Source: Paecilomyces variotii
Lineage: Eukaryota
NCBI GenBank assembly: GCA_004022145.1
Contig: RCNU01000011.1
Strand: one strand, 5' to 3'
Length of the DNA: 64,000 bases
Shown: one piece after another, positions 61,901 through 64,000 of the stretch
How positions within the stretch are numbered: position 1 is the stretch's first letter
How the letters are laid out: each line of letters starts with the position of its first letter
The notes under the pieces: generated by a model
Database searches by the model: none
What the model saw: only the letters and a program-made list of their open reading frames with translations
What the model was told of the DNA's origin: nothing
Position numbers and translations under genes: made by a program

Positions 61901-64000
61901 GCAAGAAGGTAGAGGCATTGCCAACAGTGGCACGGATAAGCTATATTTGCCCGCAATATTCTGGAACTGCACGTGAGTTATTATTTTTCCAGAAAAGGAC
62001 AGAAACGAGGGATCACGTATACAGAAAATTTGCTGGTGATGCTTTGAAGTTCTAGCGCCGTGGCTGAAGAGTCTGGGCTTCTATCGTCCACCGTTCCCCA
62101 CGGGACCGTGGAGGCATCTTAGTAGGCCTGGAGAAAGGGCGAGACTCCTTTGGACCCTGCACCATGGTATGCATGGACATTGGACAGTGACCTATCGATA
62201 CACAGTAGAGTACTCACGGGGAGCTTGCGGAAAATCTCTATTGCTCATGAATCGAAATATTCCCTCGTGCTCGAGGTCATTTTTTCCGTTTTGAGGCAAA
62301 ATCTTCTGGCCGTCAGCTCTGTTGATCATTTGCGTCCCTGCACTCTTGCTTTTTTTTGGAAGGCGAAAGTGTTTCAGCCAGAAGGAATTCCAATAGAAAA
62401 TATTTGTCTATCGATGTAGGTAAAAAGTGGCGTGTCAAGAGGTAAATAGGGGTAGATAGGTGTGGCACGGACATCTCTGCAGAGATGCCCACTATCCCAA
62501 AAAAGACTGAGAATAGCTATGACTGTGACGATTCTAACATCACCACCATGCGGTGAATCACTGGACGGGCCGGTCCAGCAAACTTTTGATCTAACGATGC
62601 CTGGGGCATGCATCTATCCCAGTCGAGTTGTTCGGGGGTAGGGGGTCTGAATCCACGAGACAATTCCATTATTCTTGAAGACTGCTGTTCCTGGGCTTTG
62701 ACCGCTAGAATGATCAGGCCAGCTTTTTACTACTCGCACCAACCAACACCAACCAACGTTCAACAACCTAACTATGGTATGTATGAGACAGGCAGAAGGC
62801 GTCTGTCGAATGCGTCTATCGGCACCCAACATCTCGGGGATGGCCAGTCTCATGAGATTCGATTCGCAGAGGCAATAACCCCTGCAAATCATCGGTGTCG
62901 ATTTCCTTGTGGATGAGAGCAGTGAGAACCAAGATCTTTAGATCCAATATTACCTACTGTACACATGGTGCACCGTGCTTTCCCGGTAACGAAGCATACA
63001 ATACCTGTACGGAAAAGCGATTACGGTACCGGAGGACGGAATCTGATAGGCTTCCGGGGGATCATGATGCATTCATCTGCAGGTCATGTGAACGGTGGAC
63101 CCGCCACCCTGGCCCCAATCCATCCTGGCCCCAAGGAACGGGCAGCAGTAAAGTTATAAAGAGTATGAAGCAATTTGAGAATAATGGAGCACGGTGGAAA
63201 GCATAAATTTTCAATATGGATACGTACAAGAGTCCCTGCAGCAGGCCCTAACGGCAGTTTCATAGGGTAAACGATAGTCGACCGTTCTTTTGCTCCGGAC
63301 GAAGGAGATGACTCTCTTCAGTGGCACGAACCACGTTCGACAAACCGTGAGATTGACGTCGATATAATAGCTAATTAATTGGCCGCTCCGGGCTCTCTCA
63401 GGGCCCAACTTTGGTTCAAACGGGGCCTGTATGCCATTCGGGCCTCGTGATCGCCGCGCCGAGGAGAAGTCAGCAGATCACTGGACATTTTCCGTTGAAA
63501 AAGCCTCTCTCAGGTGACCGACTGGTCTGGCGTGCTCAATTGGTAATCCCCCATGGCAACTTGATAAGTTAGAATTCCTGGATGAATATAGGTGAACTTG
63601 CATCTCCACTCTCCGCTCTCGTCGGGGGCTTTCTTTTTAGGAGGACAGTCGAGCGTCTCAACCTCAACATAATGCTAATGGCGGACAACGTCACGTTTCC
63701 GGGCAATGTGCTGGGCGAGCGGAAAACAGACTCGGATTGGCCAGGTCTCCACTCAGCACATGCCGACCCAGCAGTAGTAGGAGGGCTATAGCACATCCGC
63801 TAAGGGGCGCACTATCTCTGTCCGTTGACTCCGTTTACTTTGCTCTACTTTGCGGTGGAGCGCGCAGAACTGGCGGTTTGTAACGAAGCAATGATCATGA
63901 ACGCTATCAGATCGTGCTGGACGTTAACATTCCTAGTCCGGAGTAGTATGAGAAATCTGCTGGAGACTGGAGTGGCTGCTAGATACTCTAGTTATCATTA

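Noticed and set aside
1-64000. tRNA, rRNA, CRISPR arrays, intact transposons, PKS/NRPS
   Set aside because: No cloverleaf, rDNA-like sequence, repeat-spacer array, transposase/RT motif or backbone synthase was recognised by eye. tRNAscan-SE/Infernal would be needed to exclude small ncRNAs such as intronic snoRNAs.

Overview
Intron-rich fungal genomic DNA, inferred from gene content and protein sequences to be a filamentous ascomycete of Eurotiales (Aspergillus/Paecilomyces) type. About 22 spliced protein-coding genes are readable, mostly housekeeping: HapE/NF-YC, Sec15, a Mei2-like RRM protein, Rmp1-like, Gpi7, DUF2423, Siz1/PIAS, Trs33, malate dehydrogenase, RPL28, DUF2015, SF3B4, Tom7, an Flx1-like carrier, Azf1-like C2H2, Tup1/RcoA, Erg3, CBP80 and GSK3. 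Between ERG3 and CBP80 lies an accessory block: a divergent FAD monooxygenase and alpha/beta-hydrolase pair, a Zn2Cys6 regulator, and about 3.5 kb of apparently decayed coding sequence. The most notable hidden features are: (1) a cryptic intron whose donor overlaps the MDH stop codon and converts the C-terminus ...PPPK* to the PTS1-like ...PPPKL*; (2) the three-gene cluster, whose two enzymes end in PTS1-like tripeptides (AKL, QKL) and share CGG-rich promoter motifs with the regulator; (3) a Tup1 leader intron whose removal fuses a 140-codon upstream frame to Tup1; (4) a >1 kb AUG-free GSK3 leader; (5) weak or non-canonical splice sites and micro-exons in the Mei2-like gene. I recognised no tRNA, rRNA, CRISPR array or intact transposon. 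Exon boundaries were read by eye from GT/GC-AG and branch-point signals, and no database searches were run.
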